The notes: generated by a model not told the origin, from the sequence alone. Positions 45,201-54,478 are shown, counted from the stretch's first letter. The stretch: 64,000 nt of DNA from an uncultured Clostridia bacterium (GCA_948442695.1 CAOJSF010000001.1:2146-66145), one strand, 5' to 3'. Made by a program: numbers and translations.

Positions 45201-46541
45201 CGTCAACTTGTCGAGACAAATCAAACTGTTAAGGCAGTGATAGACTTCTTGAAGGTGTCTATGGAGGATGACAGAAAGGTAGTTTATAACAAAGCAAAAC
45301 TCGTTTCTGAATTCAGGCAAATTTTTTCAATAACTAAATGCAGAGATATCAATGATTTGCATCATGCTCAGGATGCCTATCTTAATATCGTTGTTGGCAA
45401 TATTATCAACAATAAATTCACGGATGACCCACGCAATTTCTATAAGCAGAAAAAGTTTATGCCACTTATATATAATAAAGAGGAAAAAATCACAGAAAGC
45501 AACAATATAAAGAAAGTTTTCACTGGGGTGGTTTTCTCAAGTGCTTCCACAAGACCAGTTTGGAGTGCGACAAGAGATATAAATAAAATTAAAAAGATAT
45601 GTCAAAGGACAAGTCCATTGATTTCAAAGATGAGTTTTGCTAATTTTAATGGAGCATTTTATAAGGAAACTGTCCATAAAAGCAATAAAAATAATAAAAA
45701 GACTGAGGCGTCAGTATCATTAAAGGGTGACAAATCAAATCCTATTTTTGACACTCAAAAATATGGCGGTTATAACAATCTTAACAATGCCTACTTTATG
45801 CTTGTTGAAAGCAAAGATAAGAAAGGAAAAACTATCAAAACTATTGAAGCGGTGCCTATTTTAATATTGATTAAAAATATGGGTAAACCAAATTTAAATG
45901 AGAATATACTTAAATATATTTCTGAAACGAGAGGGCTTAATGATGCAAAAATTTTAATTGATAAAATCAATTTTCAATCGACTTTCTTGATAGGCAGAGG
46001 TCGTTATGTTTTGGGTGGAAAATCGGACAATGTAATTCTTCTTCACAATGCAAATCAAATGTTTTTTGATGACGAGTGTAAAAAATATATTAAAGCAATT
46101 TCAAAATATTTTAGACTTAAGGCAGACAAAATAGAGTCATCTTTAGAGCAGGATGATGAAAAGATTGCTCTTTCACCAGCATCTAAAAAGGAAAATAAAG
46201 AGATTTATTTGACTAAAGAAGACAATTTGAAACTTTACGAAAAATTTATAGAAAAACTTTCTTGCAGTACATATGAAGGAATGCAACTTGCCACAGTTTT
46301 ACTTCCAAAACTTAAAGAGAAGAAAGAGTTGTTTATTTCACTTAGCGTTCAAGATCAAGTTCAAGTGCTTCATGAAATTACAAAAAGATGCTCTTGTGGG
46401 GCTGGCTTTGCAGACCTATCTAAATTAAAGGATGGAACGAGTGTTGGAAAGATTTCTATCAATAAAAATATAACAGACAAAAATATCATTTTAATTAAAA
46501 ACTCAGTCTCTGGACTATTTGAACAAAGGATAAAACTATAA
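42291..46541 (+). CDS. cas9: Type II-A CRISPR endonuclease Cas9 (1416 aa)
   Basis: RuvC-I GLDIGTNSCGWA, Arg-rich bridge helix, HNH YDVDHIIPQS..DDSIDNKVLV, RuvC-III HHAQDAYL, all intact. Confidence 0.99.
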   Translation: MAKYFLGLDIGTNSCGWAVTDEEYNLIRRKGKDLWGVRLFEGAVTAEERRQNRTNRRRLDRKKLELSWARDVFAEEIAKVDKDFLTRMKYSNLWAEDKIKMSNSLKSKDSLFHGQVDGRDYTDKDYYIDYPTIYHLRKELTQEPAKDIRLLYLAVHNIIKHRGHFLYGGNFGDNSNLLVSFNEALDCYKKIIDQEDCLLHVKKLEEGDIAEILDCIKSKSGMRLTKAKFNEIFDAKTKSQKMLVSAFVDGKINLEQLFETKLEEGKLDFNDEDIEIKINGLENVLSDEQVSLLYKIQEIYSLLQLKSILADHEYICEAMVESFEEHHRQLEQFKKFIKKYYQKEYFNIFRNPRDKDSDKNVGYAQYVNCNLTNGSKQVVDLNVSNRSKEEFYKYIKKILSFTPNDCQDLEQFENERNYYLSLIQEDRFLPKQRTKSNSVFPNKLYEKELKQILQISGKKFEFLNEIDKTCGLTNAQKLLQILTFRVPYFVGPIGQNSNGQNHGWAEKITNLDYKPWTLNKIVDFDMAEDAFIGKMTNKCTYLKDKDVLPKNSIIYSKYRVLNELNKLKINGNDISVELKQNLFNELFCNFAKVSSKDVKKFLIKEGLFSADEINDIQLSGIDREFANNFSSYSKLASNSLFGKDFIDEHLIEIEKIIKYHTVISDKNRLDKRLRREFSGIFNEEQFKILKGLNFKDWGSLSYEFLCGLKFVNRETGEITSILDEMWNTNQNLQQILNNGSYTLSECLTKSNEKSLKNLVYQDVENLYCSPAVKRGIWQSVKLIREIVEVMGEMPEKVFVEVTREDGEKGDSGRKSSRKEKLEKLYNSKDFKKNVFISSQEIAQLLKELNDKDVTSLRSEKLFLYFLQSGKCMYSGQTIDINDIYNDNLYDVDHIIPQSIIKDDSIDNKVLVKRQLNAQKLDTYPVPYEFISKQKGFWKVLLDNGFISKEKYDRLVRTSPLTEDDLGQFIARQLVETNQTVKAVIDFLKVSMEDDRKVVYNKAKLVSEFRQIFSITKCRDINDLHHAQDAYLNIVVGNIINNKFTDDPRNFYKQKKFMPLIYNKEEKITESNNIKKVFTGVVFSSASTRPVWSATRDINKIKKICQRTSPLISKMSFANFNGAFYKETVHKSNKNNKKTEASVSLKGDKSNPIFDTQKYGGYNNLNNAYFMLVESKDKKGKTIKTIEAVPILILIKNMGKPNLNENILKYISETRGLNDAKILIDKINFQSTFLIGRGRYVLGGKSDNVILLHNANQMFFDDECKKYIKAISKYFRLKADKIESSLEQDDEKIALSPASKKENKEIYLTKEDNLKLYEKFIEKLSCSTYEGMQLATVLLPKLKEKKELFISLSVQDQVQVLHEITKRCSCGAGFADLSKLKDGTSVGKISINKNITDKNIILIKNSVSGLFEQRIKL

Positions 46542-47401
46542 TGAGTTTTAGGACGGTTGTAATAAAGGAGCGGGCTAAACTTGACTTAAAACTCAATTAT
46601 CTTGTGTGCAGGAATGACAAAGAAATCAAGGTTTTTATTCCAGAAATATCAGAACTTATTTTGGAATCGACTGGGATTTCTTTGACCTGTGCATTGATAA
46701 GCGAACTTGTGAAAAATAATGTAAAAATTGTGTTTTGCGATCAAAAGAACAATCCGGAAAGTGAGGTTTTGCCATATTATGGAAATTATCATTCCGCTAA
46801 AAGGTTAAAGGATCAAATGGCGTGGAGTGATGATGTAAAAGCAGTCGTTTGGAGTGAAATAATAAAAAACAAAATTCATCAGCAGGCAAAACTATTAAAA
46901 GAATTAAAACTTACTAAAGAAAGTGATATGCTTGCTTGTTATAAAAATCAAGTTGAAATCAATGACCGCACAAATAGGGAAGGCCATTCTGCAAAAGTAT
47001 ATTTTAATGCACTTTTTGGACTAGATTTTTCAAGACGAGAAGATAAAAGCCAAAATAGTGCATTAAATTATGGCTATGCGATTTTGTTATCATGTTTCAA
47101 CAGAGAAATTGTAAAATGTGGCTATCTTACACAACTGGGCATATGGCATAAAAATGAATTTAATGATTTCAATCTTGCCAGTGATTTTATGGAACCTTTT
47201 AGAGTTTTAATAGATAGAATTGTAGTAAATTTAAATGATGAAGATGATTTTAGGACTCAAATCTTAAAAATTTTCGATTTTCAGGTAAAAATAAAGGGGA
47301 AAAGTTTTTATTTTGAAAATGCTATATCACTTTATTGCAAAAGTCTTTTTGATTATCTGAATAATTTTGGCAAAGGAGAAATCTCGTTTTATGAGATATA
47401 G
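46541..47401 (+). CDS. cas1: CRISPR-associated Cas1
   Basis: NREGHSAKVYF, LNYGYAIL, NLASDFMEPFR. Confidence 0.98.
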   Translation: MSFRTVVIKERAKLDLKLNYLVCRNDKEIKVFIPEISELILESTGISLTCALISELVKNNVKIVFCDQKNNPESEVLPYYGNYHSAKRLKDQMAWSDDVKAVVWSEIIKNKIHQQAKLLKELKLTKESDMLACYKNQVEINDRTNREGHSAKVYFNALFGLDFSRREDKSQNSALNYGYAILLSCFNREIVKCGYLTQLGIWHKNEFNDFNLASDFMEPFRVLIDRIVVNLNDEDDFRTQILKIFDFQVKIKGKSFYFENAISLYCKSLFDYLNNFGKGEISFYEI

Positions 47402-47711
47402 AATTATGAGAATGCTTGTATTTTTTGATTTACCTATGCTTACAAAAGCAAACATTAGTGATTATAGAAACTTCAGAAAGTTTTTACTTAAAAATGGTTT
47501 TATAATGATGCAAAAATCTGTCTATTCAAGACTTGTTATTAATAATAATTCTTCAAAATTATTGCGAAATCAAGTCATAAAAAATTTGCCAAAAAACGGA
47601 CTTGTTCAACTGTTGACTGTCACAGAAAAACAGTTTGCTGAAATTGAGTTTTTGGTGGGACAATCAAACAGCAAAGTATTATCAAGCATAGATAGGGTGG
47701 TGATATTGTGA
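47391..47711 (+). CDS. cas2: CRISPR-associated Cas2
   Basis: MRMLVFFDLP, GFIMMQKSVY, LTVTEKQF. Confidence 0.97.
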   Translation: MRYRIMRMLVFFDLPMLTKANISDYRNFRKFLLKNGFIMMQKSVYSRLVINNNSSKLLRNQVIKNLPKNGLVQLLTVTEKQFAEIEFLVGQSNSKVLSSIDRVVIL

Positions 47712-48370
47712 AACTAGTTCATCCAAATATAGATTTTGGATTTGACTTCCAAAAAAAGAATTATTATTCTTTAGTAATTGAAAATGCTGATGAATTTTTC
47801 AGATTGACAAAACAAATATTAAATCAAACTGAGGGTGAGGAGGGACAGTGGGTGCTGTCTGAGGTTTTGCCTATAAATATTAATAAAAATATCCTTGTTT
47901 TATCCGATTTTTACAACTTGTCTTGCAATAATAAAAAAATGGAAAGTTTACTTAAAAGTAAAATATTAGGTCTTAATAGTTTTGTTGACATGGGAGAGGT
48001 TTTATCAAGGATAAATGCAGATATTTTGGATTTAAATGATATAATAACATCAAATTTTGACTTTAAAATCGAATATAATGATGAAATTACACTTGAAAGT
48101 ATATTAAAACTTCTTAAATATTCATTCAGTGATGAAGAAATCTTGCTTAAAAAAGTGGTAAATTATATAGAGATTTACAGCGAATTAAATCCTATAAAAC
48201 TTGTTGTTTTTGTTGGAATGACTGCATTATTAAATGAAACAGATATAGAAAACTTAATAAAAGAAATAAGTTATAGAGACATAAAAATGTTTTTTATTGA
48301 TAGTTTTGATAAACAAATTTTTAAGAAAGAAAATAAAATAATTGTTGATAAAGATTTGTGTTTGATATAG
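47708..48370 (+). CDS. csn2: CRISPR-associated Csn2 (short form)
   Basis: 220 aa, between cas2 and the array; LVIEN near N-terminus, IVDKDLCLI at C-terminus. Confidence 0.92.
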   Translation: MKLVHPNIDFGFDFQKKNYYSLVIENADEFFRLTKQILNQTEGEEGQWVLSEVLPININKNILVLSDFYNLSCNNKKMESLLKSKILGLNSFVDMGEVLSRINADILDLNDIITSNFDFKIEYNDEITLESILKLLKYSFSDEEILLKKVVNYIEIYSELNPIKLVVFVGMTALLNETDIENLIKEISYRDIKMFFIDSFDKQIFKKENKIIVDKDLCLI

Positions 48371-48443
48371 AAATGTGTTAAAATAATAAAGAAAGGTGTT
48401 ATCTAGAAAAAATGCGGTGGCATGGCAAATTTTCAAAATTGAG

Positions 48444-49514
48444 GTTTGAGAGTTATGTTATTCTAGATACCACTAAAACCAAGAGGAAAGCATGAGGTAG
48501 AATTACAAGGTTTGAGAGTTATGTTATTCTAGATACCACTAAAACCGCAGTGGATTTAATACAAGTCGAATATAAGTTTGAGAGTTATGTTATTCTAGAT
48601 ACCACTAAAACGATCAACTCCTCCAGTTGCATAACCATCATGTTTGAGAGTTATGTTATTCTAGATACCACTAAAACCTGTATAATTACCAGTTACACCA
48701 TTCAAGAGTTTGAGAGTTATGTTATTCTAGATACCACTAAAACTTGTTTTCTTAGTAAGATTATATGCCCCCTGTTTGAGAGTTATGTTATTCTAGATAC
48801 CACTAAAACTTATTTATTCGCCTGCAAAATGCGTCGTATGTTTGAGAGTTATGTTATTCTAGATACCACTAAAACAATGAAACAAATATTTACTTTAATT
48901 TTAGGGTTTGAGAGTTATGTTATTCTAGATACCACTAAAACAACTTGCTTATAACTTATCCAGCAATCTTCGTTTGAGAGTTATGTTATTCTAGATACCA
49001 CTAAAACTGTTATAAACTTTATGTGTTATTTGAATTTGTTTGAGAGTTATGTTATTCTAGATACCACTAAAACAGTTACCCTCTGTGCCTGAATCGACAA
49101 AATGTTTGAGAGTTATGTTATTCTAGATACCACTAAAACGTCCTGAGAAGATTGTAGCGTGATCTGGGTGTTTGAGAGTTATGTTATTCTAGATACCACT
49201 AAAACAAACAATAGATATAAAATCGTCAAAGCCAAGTTTGAGAGTTATGTTATTCTAGATACCACTAAAACCAATGCAGTTGACTTTGGACTTCCGAATG
49301 AGTTTGAGAGTTATGTTATTCTAGATACCACTAAAACTACTTTTTTGGAAGTGAATCAGATGCAGAAGTTTGAGAGTTATGTTATTCTAGATACCACTAA
49401 AACATAATATTAGCGATATAAGAGATAAGTGTAGTTTGAGAGTTATGTTATTCTAGATACCACTAAAAATCAATTCTTTTGTTGGTGGACTCATGTCCTG
49501 TTTGAGAGTTATGT
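48444..49514 (+). CRISPR. Type II-A CRISPR array: 16 full repeats plus a truncated terminal repeat, 16 spacers of 30 bp
   Basis: Repeat GTTTGAGAGTTATGTTATTCTAGATACCACTAAAAC every 66 bp from 48444; repeat 16 ends in A instead of C; repeat 17 at 49500 matches only 15 nt; leader ends ATTGAG. Confidence 0.99.
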
Positions 49515-49519
49515 GACTT

Positions 49520-49556
49520 AAAAAAACACACTATTTCTTAGCGTGTGTTTTTTTAT
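49520..49556 (+). terminator. Terminator after CRISPR array
   Basis: AAAAAACACAC...GTGTGTTTTTT hairpin with T tract. Confidence 0.7.
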
Positions 49557-49733
49557 ATGGGGGAGTATGTGTTTATATATATATGGAGTTGTTGTTCTTT
49601 CAGACAAAATTCGACATTTTTATATGAGAATAAAGATTATTTGAAAAGTGTAAAATTATAAAGTTTCATTTCTTATATAATCTACAATTTCATTTTAAAA
49701 TTGCTTAATTGTATATTCTATATTATTAGGTCG

Positions 49734-50241
49734 CTATCCTTGTTTTATTCTTCTTTCTATATTTTTAGCAGAATTGATTGCGTTTTGTATATCTTCATCA
49801 TTTTTTATGACTGAATTTTTGTAATCTACTATTAGCGGTTTTTTAGAAGTGAAATCAACAATATAGAAAGGAATATCTTTCAATTTAACATTATTACCAA
49901 AGCGTTGGATATAGGTAAGTGTCCAGTGGGTATTGTCCGAAAAATATTTTTTATTGTTTGTTTTAACTATTATGATAGCACGGTTATTTGAAGATGACGC
50001 CATATTTGAAATTCTATTCAACTCAAATGGAATTCTATCTTCTTCATTCAAACCTCTATGCGGACCAAACAAAACCCATTTAGAATCAACTTGTTTTGCA
50101 AGTTTTACAAAGGTGTTATTTTCTTTTGTATCAATCAAAATGTGTTTGCATTCCAAATTTTTTTTATAAATTAGTTATGTCTAAATTGTCTTTTATATAA
50201 TCTTCATATGATACCAAAGCATAATTTTTAAATTCATTCAT
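49734..50241 (-). pseudogene. Hypothetical gene with a 5' frameshift
   Basis: AAGGAAG RBS and ATG 50241 reach TAA at 50166; removing one base joins it to ORF 49734-50156. Confidence 0.55.
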
Positions 50242-50841
50242 TTTATTCTTCCTTTATAATTCAAAATCATTTTGTTGGACTTTGTTTTTAAATTTTTAAG
50301 TTATTTTATTATTTAGGTCTGTTTTAATGTTAATAAAATGGTAAAATATTAATGTAAGTTTAAATATTTTTATAAATTTTGTTTCAATAAACTTCTTAAA
50401 TCATTATATCACACTTTTCTTAATTTGATTTGATATTTTAGAATTCTAAATCTTATTTTTTCTTAACAGGATGGTGATGGTAAGATTTGTGCATATTTTA
50501 GTTGAAAGTCAATATAAGGTAAGTTTGATGATTTTTTTGTGATAAGAATTTAAAAATATAAAAAATAAAAACCCTTGAAAGTGCCAGTTGCAGGTTGTTT
50601 CAAAGGTTTGATATTTGTGTCAACTGACAACAAAGTCTTTTTTTTGATTTCTTCGTTTTGATTTTGCGACGACGATTTATTAATTAAAAAATCAAAATTA
50701 ATCAAAATAATCAAAAATTAAATCAAACTTTGATAAACAAGTGAACGAATCAAAGCTACACTTGTGCGAGACTTTGCATGAGTGAACGCAGTTTATATCT
50801 TATATTTTGCGACGAAGTTTTGATTTTGCGAAAATCAAAAA

Positions 50842-51066
50842 TTATCTTTCGAGTCCATCAATTTCTCCATCAAATACTGCCCAACGCTTTCCATTATCAA
50901 GATTTTCTCTTGCTTCTTTTTCAATTTGATATAAACAATATAATCCATTATTAAACATAATGCCGTTTATCATTTTTGCTCCACGAGATACAAAATAATC
51001 TTCAATTTCTTGTTGAGTTTTGCCTTGTAGATACTCATACAATTCCTCTCCTGTTTCAAGTTTCAT
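50842..51066 (-). CDS. Small hypothetical protein, possibly 5'-damaged
   Basis: Coding-like 74 aa ending DGLER; AAGGAG lies about 30 bp upstream across an A9 tract. Confidence 0.5.
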   Translation of the reverse strand: MKLETGEELYEYLQGKTQQEIEDYFVSRGAKMINGIMFNNGLYCLYQIEKEARENLDNGKRWAVFDGEIDGLER

Positions 51067-51309
51067 TGGATCTTTCTTTTTTTTTCAGAAATTTTCTCCT
51101 TTTTATTTTTAGAATAACATTTTTAAATTATTTTGATTTTTTAGTAAATCAAAATTTTCACAATTCAGCAAAGACACAATTTTCTCATTTCTATCAAATT
51201 TTCTACGTTGCCTTTTCATTAATCCTGTATACAGCGCTAAAATCAATCAACTGCTACTGCATATAGTATGCCAAAGCCTTTTTAAAAAAGACTTTTTAGT
51301 GCATATATT

Positions 51310-51354
51310 TGGAGCTGATGACGGGAATCGGACCCGTGACCCCCACCTTACCAA
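51310..51354 (-). tRNA. 3' half of tRNA-Thr(GGT), the att core of the integrated element; not a complete tRNA
   Basis: Minus strand TTGGTAAGGTGGGGGTCACGGGTCCGATTCCCGTCATCAGCTCCA: anticodon loop, T arm, acceptor 3' strand, CCA; no 5' half. Confidence 0.88.
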
Positions 51355-51736
51355 TAAAATACATTAACGAGGTATATCTTTGGTATAGCTCTACAAAGCC
51401 TTACAGCTTCTATAACTTTGATAACTTTTATTATAAATTTTATATATTCTATATTTCCTAAAATTCGTGTTTTATGGGTATCTTCTATAACTTTTTGAAA
51501 ATTCCATTACATTTCATATTACACTTTTAGATTATATAGCACACCTAGATTTAATAATAAGTTAATCTTAGACATCTAGGTTTAAAGCAGAATAACATAT
51601 TAGAAAATTTAAGTCAAATTAATTTCACAAAAACTATATTCAAAAATAAAAAAGCTCATTTGCAAGAGCTAAAATTATTATAAAAGCAATAACTAGCTTT
51701 ATAGTAATAAGATAAACATTTTATGGAGATGATACA

Positions 51737-52555
51737 ATGATAAATATAAATGAACAAAACAAATACAGAGAAGCAAAAGTTTTTATTTACGATAATGAAC
51801 GAATGCGAATACAATATAACCTTTATAATCCATTTGAAGAAAGAATTATGTGAGCATACCCACCACCTAAGATAAGAAACTATATAAACCCTTATATGAC
51901 TATAAAACAATATGTAGCAGTTCTTAGAGAAAATAGAAAGCAATTATTTAAGTTAAAGTTTGACGAGAGTAAATGTTTATTCCTCACTCTTACAACTAAA
52001 GATATTATAGGTTGAAACGATATTAAAGTTAAATTTCAATCTTTTATGAGGTGTGTTAAACGAACATTTGGTAAGTTCCATTATGTGCGTGTTATTGAAT
52101 CACACGAAAAAGAAACACATTATCACTTACACATAATATTTATGTTTAAGAAAGATAAGCCTATTGCTATGACTAAAGATTGAGTTAATCAGCACTGAAA
52201 ATATGGTATTAGTGATTATCAATTTGCTACCGAGCCTTATGGAGTTTTGGATTATATAACGCTATTTAAACAATCAAATATAAACCCAGAGAATAAGCAT
52301 TTTACTAAGTTTCCACAATTCGTAAAACTATTTACTAGAAGCCTAAAATTTCCACAAGCAGAAGAATTTGAGATTGAAACTACTATTGCTGGAGCTAAAG
52401 ACTTATTAGATGATCTAAACGAGAAATGCAGACAAAAAACAGGTCAAGACTTATATTGCTTTAATGATGGACATTATTATATTGATTATGAGACTGGCGA
52501 ATATGCTTATTGCTTAGATAAACAATTTTATCATAAACCATTTATTGAGGGATAA
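51737..52555 (+). CDS. HUH rolling-circle replication initiator, 272 aa if TGA=Trp; four in-frame TGA
   Basis: GGAG RBS; one frame with no TAA/TAG until 52553; FLTLT, YVRVIE..HYHLHII, H(W)KYG, DYITLFK, KLFTRS; TGA at 51851, 52013, 52181, 52196. Confidence 0.85.
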
Positions 52556-52557
52556 CT

Positions 52558-52710
52558 ATGTTTTTTAAAATACCAAAATGTATGTATTTGCAAACTGAGA
52601 ATATGAAAAAGTTAAAACTTACAAAAGAACTTATGGAACAAATGCAGAATATAAGAACGCAACTAGAAAATCAAGATTATAAAGCAATCATAATAACAAT
52701 AATAAAATAA
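52558..52710 (+). CDS. Small hypothetical protein (~50 aa) downstream of rep
   Basis: GAGGG RBS overlapping the rep end; followed by a GCAGTCA/TGACTGC terminator. Confidence 0.45.
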   Translation: MFFKIPKCMYLQTENMKKLKLTKELMEQMQNIRTQLENQDYKAIIITIIK

Positions 52711-52769
52711 GCAGTCATTAATTTGACTGCTTTTTTTAATTTAATAATAAGGTAATCTTAGACATTTCT

Positions 52770-53069
52770 CTATTTTAAAAATGTTAATAAAGCGTCTTTC
52801 TTTTCATCTGGTAATGCTTTAATTCTTTCTAATATTTCCATATCTCTTTCAAAGTTATTAGAATCATGATAGAAAAACTTTTCAGCAGTATAATTACATT
52901 CTTCTAATATTCTAAAAAACACTTCCATACTTGGCAAAAAGTCTTTCTTACTTTCTAAACGATTTATATAGCCCTCATTCAAATCAATTCTAGTTGATAA
53001 AGCTCTAGCAGATAAATTAGCATCTCTTCTAATAGTACCTATTTTAAAAATTATATCGTCTTTATTCAT
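52770..53069 (-). CDS. XRE-family HTH regulator
   Basis: LSARALSTRIDLNEGYINRLE..PSMEVFFRILE; GGAGG RBS. Confidence 0.85.
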   Translation of the reverse strand: MNKDDIIFKIGTIRRDANLSARALSTRIDLNEGYINRLESKKDFLPSMEVFFRILEECNYTAEKFFYHDSNNFERDMEILERIKALPDEKKDALLTFLK

Positions 53070-53326
53070 AGTCCTTGCCTCCACTTAGATTATAAATGGA
53101 ATAAGACCTATAGACCCTCACAATAAAGTTTGTAACAAAAGGTAATTTGCTATAAAATATCACAATAAATGCGATTTAGACATAAAAATACAAGATTTTA
53201 TGACTTTTGCCACGATATTTTTAGAAAATATGGTGTTTTATGTTATATAATTTGCTCTAAAGTGAAATTTATTTTACAAGTTATCGCATTTTATGTTAAT
53301 ATCTCTAAAAAATAAAGAGGTGTACT

Positions 53327-53704
53327 ATGATAATCCCTTATGGTTTTATAGAAGCTGTAATTAAACGAAATGCATTAGAGAGGACTAAAAATGGTTTATC
53401 TTTAGAATTTATAAAAGAATATAAGTTAGACAAAGCAAGATATGATGACAACTTAATTGTTGTTCCTATTGCAATGAATGGTCATGATGCTGAATCAAAA
53501 GCAAAAGAACTTGAAAGAAAATATGGTTTAGTGCATTATGCAGAAAATGGAAAGGCACAAGATTTTGTTTTATGCCATAAAAAGTTTGGAACCTTTGACT
53601 AGTGCGATTGGCTAATAAGAGCTGAATTGCAAGACGATATGGTAATTGACAACACAACCTATAAAAAACATACTCCTTACTATGAATTAAAAGAAGAAAA
53701 ATAA
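53327..53704 (+). pseudogene. Hypothetical gene with one in-frame TAG
   Basis: After TAG 53600-53602 the same frame continues CDWLIRAELQ...ELKEEK to TAA 53704, right at the RBS of the next gene. Confidence 0.65.
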
Positions 53705-53715
53705 AGAGGTGCAAT

Positions 53716-54264
53716 ATGATAGATTTAAATCAACTAATAGAACAACTAGACGAAACAAAAAATATAAATAACGATTATGATAGGTTTATAGCAATTAAAG
53801 ACCATTTGTCTATTTCAACATTACAAAGAATATTTAAACTTTCATATCCAAAAGCCAAAGTTATTATAGACGATTTAGTTGAATGTGGAGCTATAGAAAA
53901 AGAAACCTATAAATTACTTTCACTGCAAAAATATAATGAGTATCTAAGACAACATAGTATAGTTAAATATAAAGGTGTTGAAGACTTCATGCCATATATG
54001 ATTGACTTTATTAAGAACTATCTTATTTTTGATATTTGTTATGTAAAAAGATTAGATAAAGTACTTGATACAAAACTTAGTGAAATGCCTTTTGAAGATA
54101 GAAAAGAAAAATTTGCTTTTATGATTCAATCAGAGGCAAAAGCAGTTTTAAGCCTATATTTCACATATTCATATTTAGCAGATATGTATAAACATAGTGG
54201 TCGCATGGAAATTAAGCAAGAACAAACAAAAATACCTCTTATAGAAGAAATGTTTAAAGATTAA
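53716..54264 (+). CDS. Protein with an N-terminal FtsK-gamma-like winged helix and no motor domain
   Basis: SISTLQRIFKLSYPKAKVIIDDLVECGAI matches the FtsK-gamma pattern S.S.LQR...IGY.RA..I.D.LE..G. Confidence 0.7.
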   Translation: MIDLNQLIEQLDETKNINNDYDRFIAIKDHLSISTLQRIFKLSYPKAKVIIDDLVECGAIEKETYKLLSLQKYNEYLRQHSIVKYKGVEDFMPYMIDFIKNYLIFDICYVKRLDKVLDTKLSEMPFEDRKEKFAFMIQSEAKAVLSLYFTYSYLADMYKHSGRMEIKQEQTKIPLIEEMFKD

Positions 54265-54478
54265 ACACCTAGATATTCCCAGAGTTCACCAGATTAACCC
54301 CAAGACACGAAAAGCAAATATCTAATAAAATATATTAAATAATAATTAAAATGTCCCTAAATGAATATGGAGTATTGCATAATACCCCATATTTTTTTAT
54401 AAACTCTTCACTAAAGTGAAATTTATTTTACAAAGTATCGCAATATATGTTATACTACTTATGTTTTTAGGAGGCGTT

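Noticed and set aside
48550-49407. ORFs with repeating FESYVILDTTKT
   Set aside because: Translation of the CRISPR repeats; the 66-bp period keeps the frame
48480-49499. Self-targeting spacers against the island or window
   Set aside because: No match noticed by eye; an alignment of the 16 spacers is needed to exclude it
50170-50190. Extra TTAGACAT copies on the minus strand (also near 61590)
   Set aside because: Inside coding sequence (Leu-Asp-Ile codons) and lacking the left arm
51310-51354. Functional or suppressor tRNA that could read the rep TGA codons
   Set aside because: Only the 3' half is present and the anticodon is GGT (Thr); no tRNA-Trp(TCA) was seen in the window
51656-51943. 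Minus-strand 95-aa ORF
   Set aside because: Shadow of the TGA-containing rep gene
51851-52198. Selenocysteine reading of the rep TGA codons
   Set aside because: Contexts fit Trp in an HUH Rep, not redox Cys, and no SECIS-like hairpin is evident after the codons
53270-53300. Chromosomal dif site (TTATGTTAA)
   Set aside because: No matching XerC arm; better explained as an extended -10 promoter duplicated at 54411
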